From Psilocybe cubensis (Eukaryota), in NCBI GenBank assembly GCA_017499595.2, contig CM039000.1, forward strand, positions 3,472,001-3,536,000: a DNA stretch of 64,000 nucleotides, written 5' to 3'. The notes below the pieces were generated by a model. It made no database searches and was not told the DNA's origin. It worked only from the letters and a program-made list of their open reading frames with translations. Numbering within the stretch: the stretch's first letter is position 1; each line of letters begins with the position of its first letter. Below are positions 1 to 12,237 of the stretch, piece after piece. The translations under genes were made by a program, and so were the position numbers.

Positions 1-3000
1 AAACATTATGGCCATCGAGGGGCCAAATGCACATGCAATCCCCGAGATCGAACATATGTTTCTTAAAGCTCGACGGAGGCACGATTCCCTATTGGACATT
101 GCCTTTGCAAAGGAAATTGCAATCAATGTAAGGCTGTCTGTTTTTCTCTGTTTTTTTTTACGATTTGAACGATTACAGTCTCCGTGGGCGGAACTGGATC
201 AAGAAGAACGCGCGCTCTCAGAGGGACCATATGAGGGCTTAGGAAACAATCCATCTTACCCTGGTTGGTATGGTGGAAAGGTTCAGTTTCGCGGACATCT
301 GTCTGCAGACCGTGATAAGAACCAGTTTATAACTCAAAAATCCATCAGATTGGTTCTTGACAAGTGCCAACTTGGTTCCTCCTGTCGATTCACTCGAAGA
401 TTTGGATCGTGGTCATTCATAAGAGTCAAGATTCCATCGGATCTTTATTTCAACAAAAAAATTCAATTAGACGTTTTTTTTCGTCAAGGGTTTGTGATAT
501 GGGACCGCGTTTTTCGAGCTTGCTATGCAAAAGGTGACAATGTATTTTTATTTATGACGAATGAGAAATTACACTCTTCTTCCGGGTCTGGGACCTTTGA
601 GGACGGACTATCTCTTGAAGGTTTCATAAATTGGCATAATCCTCTAGCGCATAATACCAACCAGGCAAGGGTATTCCGTGCACCTCCCCATTCCAGCAAT
701 TAACTAATTTCTGTTCAGTTGATGACAAAATGGGCCTCCCGAATGGTTCTCGGCTTTTCGACCTCAGTTCCTGGGCCAGTGATAGAACAAGACTGTATAA
801 TACTCGAACCAGATATTGGTGAGCAGTTTGAGTTCGTTCTCTCTCGTCAAGCAGGCAATAACCCGTGTTCATAATAGTTTCTGCCCAAAATTCCGATATG
901 ACTGATGGCTGTGGCCTGAGTTCCCGTATGGTACATCAACTGATTTTGAGGCAACTTGAACTTGATGTGCTTCCTTCTGCTTTCCAATTCCGTTTATCTG
1001 GGTGCAAGGTATGTACCACCACAACTTTTCATCTTCAACAATTAGTTAATGTTTACGTAGGGAATGTCCCTACTACGCAATGACCTGCATGATGCCAGTG
1101 ACGATGACAAAAAGATATGGGTTCGGCCCTCTCAGACGAAGATTCAGTACGATCCATCTAAACCATTGGATCCCGCCATGCGGACTATCGATCTTCTACG
1201 AACACCTCATATGCGTTCAGGAATAAGGCTATCGAACGATGTTGTTATTAACCTCGCTGAAAACGGCGTCCCTGATCAAATCTTTGTGGACCTTTTCAAA
1301 ACGACCCTCGAAGAATTAGTTACCGGATTGACGACATGGGATGGACCAGATGCAATGTTCAAGCTTTGGATGTTTGTTGAACGCGTCGGAGGAGTAGTTT
1401 CCAGCCGTCGGGCAAGGGAATGTAGAACTGAAGCTCGTGTTAGAGGATACTCAAACTACACCGCCGAAGAATTGGAAGAAAACCCTGAAGCCGATGATGA
1501 GGATGGGCTCTCGCTCGGCTCAAAGGACATGCGCTCCCTTCCATGGTTTATGGATGCTATCTCTGGATGCCCATCTACCCTTGAGGAGTTCATCTGTGAG
1601 CTACTCGACTCGGGTTTCAATCCTAAGAGCCTCCAGGTACTGCGCCAGAAGTTAAGGATGGTTGCCATTACAAAGGTTGAAAACTGTACCGAAAGACTGC
1701 GGTTCAATGTAGAACAGTCGTGTATTGCGTTCGCCGTGCCAGGTATGTATCCCAGATTTTAAATACTGCAGGTAATGTCTGTACTGACTTCCACTGTTAG
1801 ACCCATATGAGTGCCTTGGACCCAACGAAGTTCAGATTAAAAGTTCTAGTCATAACCTTAGACTTAACGATGGATCATTAACCAATGTTATCAAAGGACC
1901 TGTCTTGGTGATTTTTATTCGCGTTATGATCACCAGCTTTTATCTAATGATATCATACGTTTCAAATCACAGGTTGGAAGAGATCCATGCAAAACTCCAT
2001 GTGATATTCGCAAGGTTTTCCTTCGCCAGGTTTAAATTGGTTGTGACAAGCTTCGACTAACATGCCCAAAGGTTAACGCAGTAGAGCACTATGCTCTCCA
2101 ACATTGTCTGGATGTAATTGTGTTCTCAGTACAAGGATATCGCCGCCTAATTGATTTGCTTTCAGGTGGTAAGTATGTATCTTGGATAATACCAATTTCT
2201 TCTTGACGTAGAGGGCACAGGTGACTATGATGGTGATCGACCGTTTGCTATATGGCTTGACTCCATCGTGACGGCGTTCAAAAATGCGGACGAGACGATA
2301 TATGGAAATGAACCTGAAGGAGTCGATATTTGCTTCCTACGTGACAAAGAAACAGTCGGTGATTTCGTGGAGCGAACCAAGTCGATGAAACCTCCCGATC
2401 GAGAGGGCGCAATGCAGAAGTATTTGTTGAGCGGACTTGCAGACCCTTCATTAATTGGGAAATACTCTACCATGCATGATAATGCAATTTACACTCACGG
2501 GTACTCTTCATATAAATCCCGCAAGCTCGCTGCAAAGTAAGTAAATATATCTTTAGACCATCAAAGTTTCCTGAATTTTATTTGACAGGTTCTGTCGGGT
2601 ACTTGATGCCCCGAAGACTGGATGGAGGATCAGAGAAAACACCTTGGATGATGACAGAAGGATATACGCCAGTACAGAGGGTCCGGAATGGAAGGCACTT
2701 CTTATCAGGGGGAAGAAAAAATCAACTAGAAAAAATTCAGGTGCCCCTGTCGGTTCGACCTCGAATTTGCCATATGCACAACGCGATCACAACAAGTTGG
2801 GGAGGTTTATTATGGACACTCTTGCAAGGAAAGCGGTAGCGGAAAGAGAACGAATGCTACAACAAGTCGACCAGTTTTTTGCGCCACTACCTCCAATGCT
2901 CGACACTGACCTGGCTGAACCCTGGCTCTCCGCCAAAAGGTGGGCACAGCAAGGTACTCCGGAGTTCGTCGACATGAAGATGAAGGATTTAAACCGGATT

Positions 3001-3366
3001 GCCACACACGTCGAAACCGTACACCAAAAACATAAACAGACACTGGCACAATGTTATCATGATGGAAGATCATTCACCGAAATGAGAATAGAAACTCGTC
3101 AAGATATGTTGCGAGAACGCTCTCGAGAATTTCACTCCGGCCCTTCTTTGGATGACCTTCCAACCATACCAGATCAAGATACCCTCAACCGTTTTCGAGC
3201 ATCCTATGCTTACAAGTATGATTATGACTCATCTCCTGACAAATGGACTCGCTTTCCATGGGATATGGCCATGGGCAATCTCTGTGCCATCAAAGCCACT
3301 GCTCTAGGCCAAGCTAAGGTTGTTACTCGAAATTTTTACGAACGATATAAAATGATCAAGCATTGA
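1..3366 (+). CDS. Cellular RNA-dependent RNA polymerase (RNAi), QDE-1-like DYDGD type; 5' end lies outside the window; at least 10 exons
   Basis: GT/GC-AG introns at 128-178, 665-718, 819-877, 1009-1060, 1743-1800, 1908-1972, 2015-2071, 2169-2220 and 2537-2588 give one open frame. It carries RdRP motifs KWASRMVLGFSTSVP, MTDGCG, PSAFQFRLSGCKG, VINLAENGVP, VGRDPCKTPCDIRKV, DVIVFS, the catalytic LSGG-DYDGD (DYDGD at 2223-2237) and LDAPKTG. Stop TGA at 3364-3366. Confidence 0.93.
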
Positions 3367-3600
3367 ATTTTTGACGGTTCTCACACCCTCAATAATCTAG
3401 CATTATATTTTTTGATTTCGACTCCGGCGTCGTGTTGTATGCATATCTTTGTACCTTTGTTTTATTGATTATAATTCAATACATACTTTACATATCGTTT
3501 TCGTATCATAATGTACCAGCATAAAATGTACAACTCTACAGGCATAGGGAATAGCATAGGATAGAAAAAATGAGAAGACATATATAGTAAACAGTTTGAG

Positions 3601-5232
3601 TCAAAGTTGATGGTCCTCAAGCCATGCCAAAAATGATAAATCAATATAGGTGTTCATGAAGCCCCCCTTTTCTGAATCTAGTACGATCTCTAGGTTGAAT
3701 GTCCTTGCTAATGCAGTGAAAACCTGAAGATTTCCTGTAAAAGATGGCCCACAGCAAAGAACAAGATACTTGATAGGTACATCTAACCGTTGGCGCAGGG
3801 ACAAAAAGTTGGAGAGTGGGTTGGGGTCTTCTTGTTTCCCAAGCAGTAAATATATTTGCACCATGGAGGGCAGAAGGATTGATCTTTCTGGATCGTGGCT
3901 GTCCATTAAGTTGTTCAAGGAATCTAATGTCTTCAAATCGCAAGTGATAGATTCCAACTTTGGAAATTTTTCCAAAAAAGACAAGATGGACTTTGCGGGG
4001 GGCGGAAAATGCAAAAATATTGTGAGGATAACAGTCGAAAAAGATTTCTCGGCTAGTGCGTCGAGGATCAGGCCAGGTAAACCAGGCCAATCCAAAATCT
4101 CATAAGATCCATTGATCTCCACACAAGTGTTAACGTCCCACTTCGGACTATGTATCGAAAAGGATGCGCCCACTTGTACATAGGAAAGGCTGAATATTTC
4201 TTCTGTTGTCCATTGCTGAAAAAATGTTGAAAGAGCCTTGCCCAAATCCTCAATTTGCGAGTCTTCCCCCACAGGAATGTCCCATATTGGAGACAGGTGC
4301 AACGAGCAATTCGTTGCAGTGCGCAAGCGACGCAAGACCGGAGTAAAAATGATGAGGTCGCAATTCGCCTTAAGACGGTTTAATCGAGGTAGAACAACAG
4401 TGCTGAAATTCACTTCAGCGTTGTCGTCCTCATGAAATGCGGCTCCGCACAGGTCCAATGTTTCTAGTTGAGGCATATGCCCAAGGGCGAGAAGTAGCTC
4501 CGCAATGGTGAACCACGCGATATCTAAATCCGAGATATGTTGTAGATTTTGAAACCAGGTCTGGTCAGGACGCATAAAAATCCGATCGAATTGGATGCCA
4601 CGCAATCGGGGAGCATTGTTGGCAAAAAAGGGTGTTTCGAGATCCAAATCTAAATCTATGTTTTCAAAGGATACGTCCAAATGTAGCCATTCCAAGGCTG
4701 GTGATGCCTGTTGGAGAGCATTCCACACCTCGGTTTCGAAACCGCTGACACCTCCACGGTCGCAGACAAACATTCGACGAATCCTGCTCCATTCCGTGGA
4801 CACCAGCTTCAAGAAAAATTTAACAGAAGGCATGTTCTCGTAGAGATCGCCGATAATGGTGAGAACACGGTTGCCTGTTCGCTTTAAGACCTCTTCCCTC
4901 CACTCATCGTTCTGTTGATCAAAACATTGCAGGTCGAGGCCGGTGGCCCAAATTGCAGGAGAATCGAGAAGGATGGCGCGCCATTGTTGGCATACTTGAG
5001 AAGAGTAGCGCGTGGTTGTCAAAGCGGCCATCGGAACAATTGGATGGAGGATTTCATCGACACCGATGTCCCTGTCGATATAGCAAGCGTCGGCATGTCC
5101 GTTCAATGAAAATATTATGAGGAGAATCTCTGTGCTCAATTTTGAAATGGCACAAGTTCCAGGCGTAGACAATTGTCCTGCGGTGTCCGAATGCCCATCG
5201 TGTTTAGTTATCTTTGAAGTTTGTGCTGACAT
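3601..5232 (-). CDS. F-box-like / leucine-rich-repeat-like protein (~543 aa), intronless
   Basis: Long uninterrupted ORF; likely start MSAQTSK (ATG at 5232). The N-terminal ISKLSTEILLIIFSL...SQVCQQWRAILLDSPAIW is an F-box-like pattern. It is followed by degenerate LxxLxL repeats (APRLRGIQF, MPQLETLDL, LPRLNRLK, FPKLESIT). Confidence 0.75.
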   Translation of the reverse strand: MSAQTSKITKHDGHSDTAGQLSTPGTCAISKLSTEILLIIFSLNGHADACYIDRDIGVDEILHPIVPMAALTTTRYSSQVCQQWRAILLDSPAIWATGLDLQCFDQQNDEWREEVLKRTGNRVLTIIGDLYENMPSVKFFLKLVSTEWSRIRRMFVCDRGGVSGFETEVWNALQQASPALEWLHLDVSFENIDLDLDLETPFFANNAPRLRGIQFDRIFMRPDQTWFQNLQHISDLDIAWFTIAELLLALGHMPQLETLDLCGAAFHEDDNAEVNFSTVVLPRLNRLKANCDLIIFTPVLRRLRTATNCSLHLSPIWDIPVGEDSQIEDLGKALSTFFQQWTTEEIFSLSYVQVGASFSIHSPKWDVNTCVEINGSYEILDWPGLPGLILDALAEKSFSTVILTIFLHFPPPAKSILSFLEKFPKLESITCDLKTLDSLNNLMDSHDPERSILLPSMVQIYLLLGKQEDPNPLSNFLSLRQRLDVPIKYLVLCCGPSFTGNLQVFTALARTFNLEIVLDSEKGGFMNTYIDLSFLAWLEDHQL

Positions 5233-5700
5233 CTGAGGTTGATTCGAGTTGATATGCGTGCCACAAGAGATTGAGCAGAAGAAGGTTGTTCTGGCCAGTA
5301 GAATCAATGACGGTAGAAGAGATAGTGAATGTACAAGGAATGATCGTTGATTGATGAAGTGGGCAGAAAAATATGCGTCGAAATGGTTGTTATACTTCAA
5401 CAATGAACATGCGGTGGCCCAACACTTCCGTTTTAGCTCATCAGTGAGTCGGAAAGTTGATTTTCCGCAGAACGCAGAACTGACTGCAAGCATCATTGTC
5501 TTCTACACATGGTCCCATCTGCTACAATCATCAAAGCACTTCAATGGTCTGTATCTCCTGCGCCGTCAAGTAGAGTTTCTTGGGATCGACAGAGCATGCA
5601 TTCTGGTATCTAAACGACCTAGTAAGTATCTACATAAATTTACAGACGACAAATAAGAATTAGCGTATGTAACATGAACCAGAACAGAAATTCCTCACGT

Positions 5701-8023
5701 CTACGTAGCGTCCGCATCGGCAACGCCGCCCCCAATGCCAATCGCCTTCGACAACCAATACGATCGCCGAGCATCTCTCTTTGGATCGTCCCTCTTTTGA
5801 AATCGTCCAGGCCTGTCCTCTTCATCTGATCCGTTGCTGGAGTATTCGCCATCCTCCAGCTCATCAACCTTGTTAGCATCCCCCCGTCGTCCGCCACCAA
5901 AGCTAAGCTCTTCTTCATCCTCATCATCGTCCTCAAGATATACCGTGTGGGAGTCTTCCTCACGCCCCGTCCTCCGCCGTTTCTTTGGAGGTTGACGTCC
6001 AATCGCATATCGACCGCCATCATCATCTCCAGTATGACCATTACGCCGGAGATGAGCGTCGTCGTTGTCGGAATCGCTTTGTCTGTCCCCGTTCTCCCAT
6101 ACAGATTCAATTACATGAGATGTTTTCGAATCCTTCCTGCGCTCGTCGTCCACCTCGTCATCGGAATCTTGAATGACTATTGGCTGAGGCTTCACTCCAA
6201 GGATATTGTGCAGGACTCTTCTGTCATATAACTCTTGAACGAGTCGCCGATGATTGATCGTCTACAAGGGAAGGTAAGTTTTTGTTCGAACTAATTTACA
6301 GAATAACACATAGTCACTTACCTCCTGGGTGATGCCCATGACCGTTGATAGGATACTTAAATCTTCAGGCTCGTAATGTCCTCTCAGTGGCACAGATCTT
6401 CCTTTGTGCCTTGAACTCAAGATTCCAGCACGCATATACGCTGTGGAAGTCAGAATGCCATGACATCCGGAGAAGGCGGTCCTGACTTTGTGGAAATTGT
6501 ACGATCCACTAGATATATCATTGGCTACAAAGTAATGGTCAATGAAGAGAACCAAAGAAAAGATTCGAAGGGATACTCACAGGGATCAGCAGGATCTTCA
6601 ATTGACAACATATTCCTTTTGTACTCGGCATGCCATCCTCGTTGCCTTTTATTGAAATAGGTTCCACCATCCCTTAAAGAGATCCCAACCTCGTCGTAGT
6701 TGAAATGGTTCCCATACAACTCGAAAAACTCCATCACCAACACTCCCAGATTCTTTTCTGGGTCGATTTCCCCTCTCCGAATCTTGGGATGCATCTGCAG
6801 GAAACTGACGGCGAGGCAAACAATAGCGTAACTCCCCAGTCCTCCGGTGTATACTTCATTCATGCTCCTCTGGCTCAAGAACGCCTTCGTAATCATGACC
6901 AGGCTCCGTAAAGCCTTGCTTTCCTTCCCTTTTGCGCTGGGTATCATGTCCTTCAAAAAACCAGTGATAATCTGGCCTGAGACGAGGCCATTCCCTTGGT
7001 TGATGCTAATATCAACTTTGAATCGTCCATGGGTGGTGGTAAATTTGACAATGGGGACTTTAGCCTTTGCTATTATGGTAACATGGGAGGTTATTCCGTG
7101 GCGTTTCAGAGCGTTGGCCATGACATGCAGGACGGTAGCCTTGTCACTATAGGCCATAGAGTCTGAAAGTACAACCAGATCGATATCGCTGCATTCATAT
7201 CAGCGTGTAGATATGCATTCACGAGCAAAGCACTTACCCAAGAGGGAGATACAATTTTGTTTGATAACTCCCAAAGGGAAAGACTACAGCGTCGGGGAAG
7301 GCGGCGGTAACGCATTTTGTGATTTGGGAAACAACTAACCCACGTATCTCGTCTTCTACGGGTGTCGGTGATATCCAATTCACGAAGGCATCTACTTCCC
7401 AATGCAACCTACGAAAATGAACATCGGCGTCAGACACATAAAACAAAATTTACAACTTACATCTCAGCAACGTTTTGACAACGTTCAAGATCTAATCCGT
7501 TAACCCAAGGAGCTTTTCTAGACGCTGCATCCACTCTTTGCTTTTTGTTTGCATAACCGTCGTCGTATTCGTCATGTCTCCGTTTACCAGACGACCTTCG
7601 GCTTGAGTCCCTCTCATCCCTGTCCCCGCCTCGATCAGAATCCCTTTCCCTCATTCTAGATTTATCCCGTGCCCGTTCAGACATCGTAGAATCTGGTTTG
7701 TTCCTGTCATTCGTCTCTTTTCGTTCCTCGCGTCCCTTTTCCTCCTTGCGTGTGCTAGGACCGGCTTCCTCGTCAGATATATCGGAAAATGGTATAAAGT
7801 CTTCGTTTTCCTCAAACGTTGTTGCTTTATCGGATGCATTTTTTGCGGTTTTTGAAGACCTCTTGTCTTCCGGTTCCTTCGTGTATGAACCACTATCTTC
7901 ACGAGTACTCTGTGCTAACCTTCGCGCTGCCCGACGTTCCCTGCGAAATTTTCGTCCTGAGCTCCGACTATCCTCGTTAGCATTCTTGCTGCGCGAAGAG
8001 CCTTTGGGAGATGTTGGTGGCAT
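5701..8023 (-). CDS. TRF4: Non-canonical poly(A) polymerase, Trf4/Trf5/Cid14 (PAP2/PAPD5) family; TRAMP catalytic subunit-like
   Basis: Exons 8023-7461, 7408-7238, 7188-6581, 6524-6322 and 6261-5701 join in frame through canonical GT-AG introns. Motifs: LHWEVDAFVNWISPT, nucleotidyltransferase FGSYQTKLYLPLG-DIDLV, AKAKVPIVKF, VDISINQGNG, NEVYTGGLGSY, and PAP-associated LSIEDPADP-SNDISSGS. Both termini are charged and low-complexity. Confidence 0.92.
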
Positions 8024-9360
8024 ATTTTTTGGATACCGCAAGATTTTTGCAAGGTACTTTGCCTGAAGAAATTGACGCCGAAGACAAGACAAAAGTCATG
8101 TCCTTCATTGTGATAATCACGTGACCTGACTTACAACGCGTCGCGTGGATGATACTGACGATTAGACATCGCCAATATATTATCGAATCACGTTTTGCCA
8201 GAAAATAGAGATTTTGTCTTCGCTGGATCCATAAAATGACCTGGTTTGCCTTGAGCTTCCCAAACACCAATTGCGAATCCGTGGAGTCTGAACTGCACAA
8301 CCTGCGCGACGATGGTCGTGAGAAATACGAGGATGGTCATGTGACCAATGTACATCCAAGACTCCCAGACTCCCTCTGATCTAACTCTGATTCGCCCAAG
8401 CTTCGCCCCCCAGCTTGTGTTCAATCTTGTTCCAATTCCCACAGTATTCCCGCTTCGAAATGGTGTGACATTTGCACCATGCAAGCCTTGCCAGCCAATG
8501 GGGTTTTTTAAATCAAAATCTGGATCACTCAAAGACTCCTTGCTGCGCGCCGCACTGCAATCTACTATAATTTGAGTGAAAATAGAACATTCAAAATCAC
8601 TTCAAAGCTGATCAAACAACAAAATTTTGACACATCTCGAGCTTGTTTCCCAGTGAGATGTTCCGGCTATTATATACATCGAATCTTACTCACATCCTTT
8701 ATATGCATCATGCCTGCTCAACTTCAGATATGCCAATTCTGGTCGACTGGTTACATCATGCGCACGCGTTGGAAATCACTCGGCTGGACCTCACATGCTC
8801 ATCAAGACAGTGAGCAACTTACCACGGGTCGTACACTCTGCTTGCAGTTTGTCACTGAATCAGATGCTGTTGCAGTCGGTACGTCCAAGGTATCCAACCC
8901 GTCAATAGCCTTATACTTTGGAACTGTATCCTTCGACTCCGCCCTCTTTCAGCCTCTACTATAGCCCTAACCTTCTAAGGTCGGACTACCCATATCGTAA
9001 ATGGCACCTGTTCGCACATTTTTCTCGGGAATTTGGTCTTCATATTTCCGCATGGCGAATATTGGGACCGTCTACCTTTTTTGGCTCCCAACAAACTGCA
9101 CCAGCGGCAGGACCCTTTCTGTTCGATACAGGGTCGTCCCCGATCTGACACGAATATCAACAAACGTCTTCACCTGCGACTCGACAAGCTACATCCAAAT
9201 CTAACTGTACAGCATTTCATTTTTAGTCATGTCTGAGCGATATTATGAGCGGCAAGTTAATCTTACCCGGGCCTTCTCGATGATCAAACTCTGGAATACC
9301 CCATTCTTATACGATATATATATTTGAGAGACTACTGTAGACAGCTCTAACCTGCTTACC

Positions 9361-12054
9361 ATGGCTTCTCAGTCATCCTTTGCGGTGGGGGCATCGCTCT
9401 CCTTGACTCCGATAACCTTTGGCCAAAGTCCTTTGTGCGGCTCTCTTGCTCCGACTGCTACGGAATGGTCAGCCTTAAACGAGACCGTGGAAGGACGTTT
9501 GTATCACGGTCAACCCTGGGCAAAATCATGTTTTTCGACTTACAACGGCAACATTGTTCAAAGGAACGAGGACGAATGTAAATATGTCCAAGAGAACTTT
9601 TTCAACAGCCACGGTGAGCGACTATTTCGGTGCGCACATGGATCCAATAATAAACTCTGATCCGTCCCAGTCAACCGATCTCATGCCTTTGGTGCCTATT
9701 CAGCTGTGAGATATCTATCGCAGACTAGGTTCAAATTTTATATGAGTTTAACCTTTTGTCTAGACGCAATACGAAGGGTGTATGGCAACAGGAGAATCTT
9801 GCGTTCTAGACTGGCTCAACCCATCTAACCCAGATTCGTTTGCTCCTCCGCGAGATTGTTCTCATGGAGCGGTATCACCATACTATGTAAGACGACTCGT
9901 TTGTACATCAAACATCACGACTGATGCGAATACAACAGATTGACGTCCGAAAGAAAGAAGACGTGATCGCAGCTTTCAAATTCAGCAAAACGCAAAAGGT
10001 TCCTCTAGCCATCAAAAACACTGGAGTAAGCACTTTAATCATCGAAGTAATTATTCCTTCTCTTACGTTTAGTAGCATGATTTCTTGGGACGCAGTTCAG
10101 CACCATATTCGTTAGGCCTTTGGGTAAGGTGCCGTTCTTCATCACAAATAACTTATGTGCTAACAGCATACAGATGCATAACCTCAAATATGTGGGTTTG
10201 ATTAATTCTCTGCGCGTCGTTTGATGCACGCAGATCATTCAACTTGTACTTTTTCAGATCTCGCACAACTCGGAATTCATCCCTGAAGGGTGTCACATTT
10301 CAGGACAGCCCGCTCTGACCTTCGGAGTACGTCTGACTTGAACAAATTGCCCAGGCTGTGGTCTAATACTGATGTGGTTATTAAGGCCGGAACCCAGTTC
10401 TATGATATCAGCGAGTTCACAGACAAGCACGGGCTTCAAATGGTCGGGGGCTCGGACCAATCGGTTGGTGCTGCAGGTGGTTGGGCGCAGGTATGATACA
10501 GCCGGAGCAAATCCTGCGTGTTGCAAAAACTGAGCGCTCGCACATGGATTTAGGGAGGTGGTCATTCTGCGCTAACTCCAGTATACGGAATGGGCGCTGA
10601 TCGAACGGTAAGCAAACGAAGAACTCGTGCGTTTTACTCACGGCGGCGACTAATTGTCAATTAAACAGCTTCAATACAAAATCGTAACTCCAGACGGAGT
10701 TTTCAGGACTGTAAACGCATGCCAGGATGAAGATTTATTCTTCGCCCTTCGTGGTGGAGGCGGAGGTACCTTCGGCGTCGTTTTGGAGGCGACCATGATG
10801 GTTTCGCCGAAAGAGTCCTTTAGGGTGTAAGAATTAATTCGCTCTTGAATTTCGTTTCACTCACGTTTCAATTTAGTGCGAATATCAACTGGCCAGTCAG
10901 TAACCAGAATCTGCAAGCTGTCCTGGATATTTTCCTCGATAATATCACAATAATTGCTGAAAATGGATGGGGAGGGTATCTAACGGTACTTCTGCGTCCA
11001 TGCTATCATTTCTATACTAACCTAATTACTTAGCCGAGTAGTGGTAATCTCGTCTTCATAACTCCAACTTTGGAAATAGAGGACGCAAAAATTATGATGG
11101 AGCCTTTAGTTAAGCTTACCACTGAGCTAGGGGGAAGTTCCTCGGTTACCGAAGTTGATTCCTACGATGAATGGTTTAAAGGCTGGGTCAACGGAACGAT
11201 GGGATCCCAAGACGTACGTCGCATGATTCATTCGAATACAGATCACATATGTCCTTTTTATGTAGCCTGTCGGATTACCAATAGCCTTGGCTAGTCGTCT
11301 GATTCCTGCCAAAAATCATGAAACCGAACAGTCGCGCCTTGAGCTGCGCGATGCTCTAATGAACGCCTTTGCCAATTCAGCCTTCTCTCAGATTCATATT
11401 ACCACACCCTACGGCTTCAAAGGATCACAGGGCTTGGACACCAGTGTACACCCGGCTTGGAGGACGACTCTCTATCAGGTGGGTCTACCCCTTTTGATGT
11501 AGTTCTGGATTCTAACTTTTGTTTAAGGTTATACTTGTCAATAGCTGGTTCTGGGATGCGACAAATGCCGACAGAGAACTCGCCTATTCACAATCAACAA
11601 AAGCAGTGAATTTTCTGCGTGATATTACGCCAGATGGCGGCGCGTATCATGTACGTATTTTGGTTCTATGTTCTGACATCGCCTCTCAATATCAACCTCT
11701 CCAATAACCAGAACGAAGCTGACATCCACGAGCCTAATTTTGAGGGTATACTTTCTTTTGAACTAGTTCCTTGTTTGAAATCTCACACATCTCGCAGAAT
11801 CATTTTGGGGTGGACACTATCCACGGCTATTAGAGATCAAACAAAAATAGTAAGTTCCTTACACGAATCTCTGCCACCAAGATAGAAACTAATACAGTTT
11901 TAACTAGTGATCCAGAACATCTTCTTGATTGCTGGCACTGTGGTACGTTTTGTGTTCAGTTAAAAGTATAGATGTCAGCTACACCCTCTAACATGCCTTG
12001 GGTCTAGTTGGTTGGAAAGGTTCAGAAGATCCTCAATATCGTTGCTATATTTAG
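9361..12054 (+). CDS. FAD-binding oxidoreductase, berberine-bridge-enzyme-like (VAO/PCMH superfamily), many short exons
   Basis: Spliced motifs [119 protein letters not shown]. Stop TAG at 12052-12054. Confidence 0.9.
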
Positions 12055-12237
12055 CGTAGATGTACTCAAACTTTATAAACATGGAGTGACAATAATATTC
12101 AAGCGCCCATTAATTAATAAATTGCAATTCTACCGTCCGAGATGTACAGATATTAGACCGTTTAAATAAATCCCACCCTATCGGATACACAGATGAACAG
12201 ATCAAGACAAAATTATACTGAATATTCAAAGAAAAGG

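Noticed and set aside
2169..2220. GGATAATACCA in an RdRP intron resembling part of the fungal TPP riboswitch
   Set aside because: The intron is only 52 nt, lacks the CTGAGA and AGCGxxAGG elements, and the gene is unrelated to thiamine.
5233..5496. 88-aa N-terminal extension of the F-box ORF in the ORF track
   Set aside because: It reads like promoter/UTR sequence squeezed against the Trf4 3' end. MSAQTSK at 5232 gives a more typical F-box position. Not formally excluded.
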